Below, one piece after another: positions 55,926 to 57,296 of a DNA stretch of 57,296 nucleotides; position 1 is the first letter of the stretch; every line of letters starts with the position of its first letter. The DNA lies in assembly GCA_020353195.1 (NCBI GenBank), contig CP070691.1:3655665-3712960 (forward strand). The letters run 5' to 3'. Both the position numbers and the translations under genes were made by a program. Below the pieces are notes generated by a model, which did not search any database, was not told where the DNA came from, and saw only the letters and a program-made list of their open reading frames with translations. The stretch is from Phycisphaerales bacterium. Its GTDB lineage: Bacteria; Planctomycetota; Phycisphaerae; UBA1845.

Positions 55926-56845
55926 GTGTCACCCGGGTTCGGTGCCAATCCGAACCGCTCGCAATAGCGCCGGAACAGGTTCCGGGCGCCGGGATACTCC
56001 GAGTGCGGGCTCATGAAGTGGGAAAACTCGAAGGTGATCAGCTTGTCCACGCCGGTCTGGCGGGCGACCTGGAGCTTGTATTCCAGCCTTCGCCAGTCGA
56101 TCGGTGGGAACTTGATGGGCATGTCCCGATCGAAGGTCTCCACGTTCGACCAGCAGGTGATGCCGGCCTGCCGGGCCAGGCGCAGGTTGGCGGCCAGATA
56201 GTCCGGCAGGTCGAGGTAGTCGACGTGACCGTCCTGGAACGCGACGATGTCGATACGCCCTTTGATGCGATCGAAGATGGCGCCCCACTCGTCTTCGTGC
56301 CGGGCCCGGGAAATGGCGATCACGCCGTCCGGTGCTTTTGTTCCGGCGATATAGGGCGAGATGAGCGTCGGCAGGTCCGGTGTCAGCGATTTAGCATGAT
56401 CGGCGGCGGCCACGACCAGGTCCACCTGCTCGGGGTGGTTGCGTGACAGTTCGAAGGTCAGGTACCACCCGGCGAACGCCGGGTGCTGCCCGAAGCGCCG
56501 GTGGACCTCGTCCATGAAGTCGCGGTTGACCGCGAGTGCCCGTTGCCCCTGTGTCGCCCAATCGCCGGGATCGTAGATGCCCCAGAGCAACTGCATCCCG
56601 TTGGCGTCGGCCAGGTCGAGGAAAAGCCGACCTAAGTCCTGGCCGGCGGGCAGCATGCGGCGGTGTTTGCCCAGTGCGGCCGAGTCGAACACCGCCCGGT
56701 CCCGGTAGCCGGCGCGGATGAGGATGACGGTGTCGATTCCGATCCGGCCCATCACGTCGAAGTCGGCGGCCCATTCGTCGGGGCCCCAGTTCTGGCTGGG
56801 AATGTCGTGGGTGATCTCGTCGAGGAACGTGCCGGTGATCCGCAT
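55922..56845 (-). CDS. DUF4434 domain protein (putative glycoside hydrolase-like TIM barrel)
   Basis: ITGTFLDEITHDIPSQNWG, GIDTVI, GWYLTFE, FQDG, WSNVETF, TFEFSHF. Confidence 0.8.
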   Translation of the reverse strand: MRITGTFLDEITHDIPSQNWGPDEWAADFDVMGRIGIDTVILIRAGYRDRAVFDSAALGKHRRMLPAGQDLGRLFLDLADANGMQLLWGIYDPGDWATQGQRALAVNRDFMDEVHRRFGQHPAFAGWYLTFELSRNHPEQVDLVVAAADHAKSLTPDLPTLISPYIAGTKAPDGVIAISRARHEDEWGAIFDRIKGRIDIVAFQDGHVDYLDLPDYLAANLRLARQAGITCWSNVETFDRDMPIKFPPIDWRRLEYKLQVARQTGVDKLITFEFSHFMSPHSEYPGARNLFRRYCERFGLAPNPGDT

Positions 56846-57038
56846 CCTGTTGTCTCTCTGCGAGCCCAGTCGGCCCTTCTCGTCGCGCTGCCGGCGGCGA
56901 ATGACTCCGCGGAGCTGCTGCGGCGGCGGGTCATTATACCGGGTTGCGCCTCCGTGCGGCAGGGAACGAGCGGCTGGAGTTGCGCGTAGTATCGGTGGCC
57001 ACAGACCGGCTCGGTGCCGTCAACCGTCAGGATTTCGT

Positions 57039-57296
57039 CTACTTCCTCCGCGTGTATTCCATCTGGAACAGGCTGAACTCGGTGGCGTTGGGCATCAGTT
57101 GATACATTTCGAATGTGAACTTGTCGTCGTTGATGCGGCGCATCACGGACTTGCTCATTGTGTCCTGCTCGCCGGTGACCGGGTCGTCCGAGACACCGTA
57201 ATAGGTGCAAACCTCTCCTGTCGGGTCACAGTCGCCGGTCGCCGTCATGATCCCCGAGCTCATGTTGTCGACCCACACGGACACGTATTTCTTCTT
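57039..57296 (-). CDS. DUF1579 family protein, 3' part (partial)
   Basis: KKKYVSVWVDNMSSG...TFEMY...MEYTR; open to the window end. Confidence 0.75.
   Translation of the reverse strand, partial: KKKYVSVWVDNMSSGIMTATGDCDPTGEVCTYYGVSDDPVTGEQDTMSKSVMRRINDDKFTFEMYQLMPNATEFSLFQMEYTRRK

Noticed and set aside
1-57296. Prophage, integrase, IS, toxin-antitoxin, defence system, tRNA or rRNA
   Set aside because: No hallmark motifs were recognised anywhere in the window.

Overview
GC-rich bacterial chromosomal segment with no phage, IS, rRNA, tRNA or CRISPR array. Gene content points to Planctomycetota, probably Phycisphaerae (inference): a prepilin-like H-X9-DG-type protein, CxxCGYxL...CxECG zinc-ribbon membrane proteins, F-T-F-K-H-G-D-R-P-L-type Ser/Thr kinases, an ECF sigma with a fused zinc domain, and a DUF1579 protein. 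About 46 CDSs include uvrC (3' end), kdsA, two tandem malic enzymes, thrC, gmhA, neuC, ndk, apbC/mrp, an S41 protease, two ABC systems and two two-component systems. Main second-look items: (1) a stand-alone ~240-nt non-coding unit at ~25920-26160, with a clean sigma70 promoter, an intrinsic terminator and 9 GGA motifs, which is a candidate CsrA-sponge or other sRNA; (2) an FHA/TPR gene followed by two Ser/Thr kinases with a gap-free, near-identical catalytic cassette but unrelated membrane sensor halves, near an ECF sigma with a fused ZAS-like domain; (3) tandem malic enzymes with opposite NADP/NAD fingerprints; (4) a ~165-nt intergenic element present twice, 16 kb apart; (5) a dispersed 25-bp REP-like family; (6) sigma28-like promoters upstream of the PP2C, neuC and HDOD genes. 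All calls are from visual motif recognition; no searches were run.
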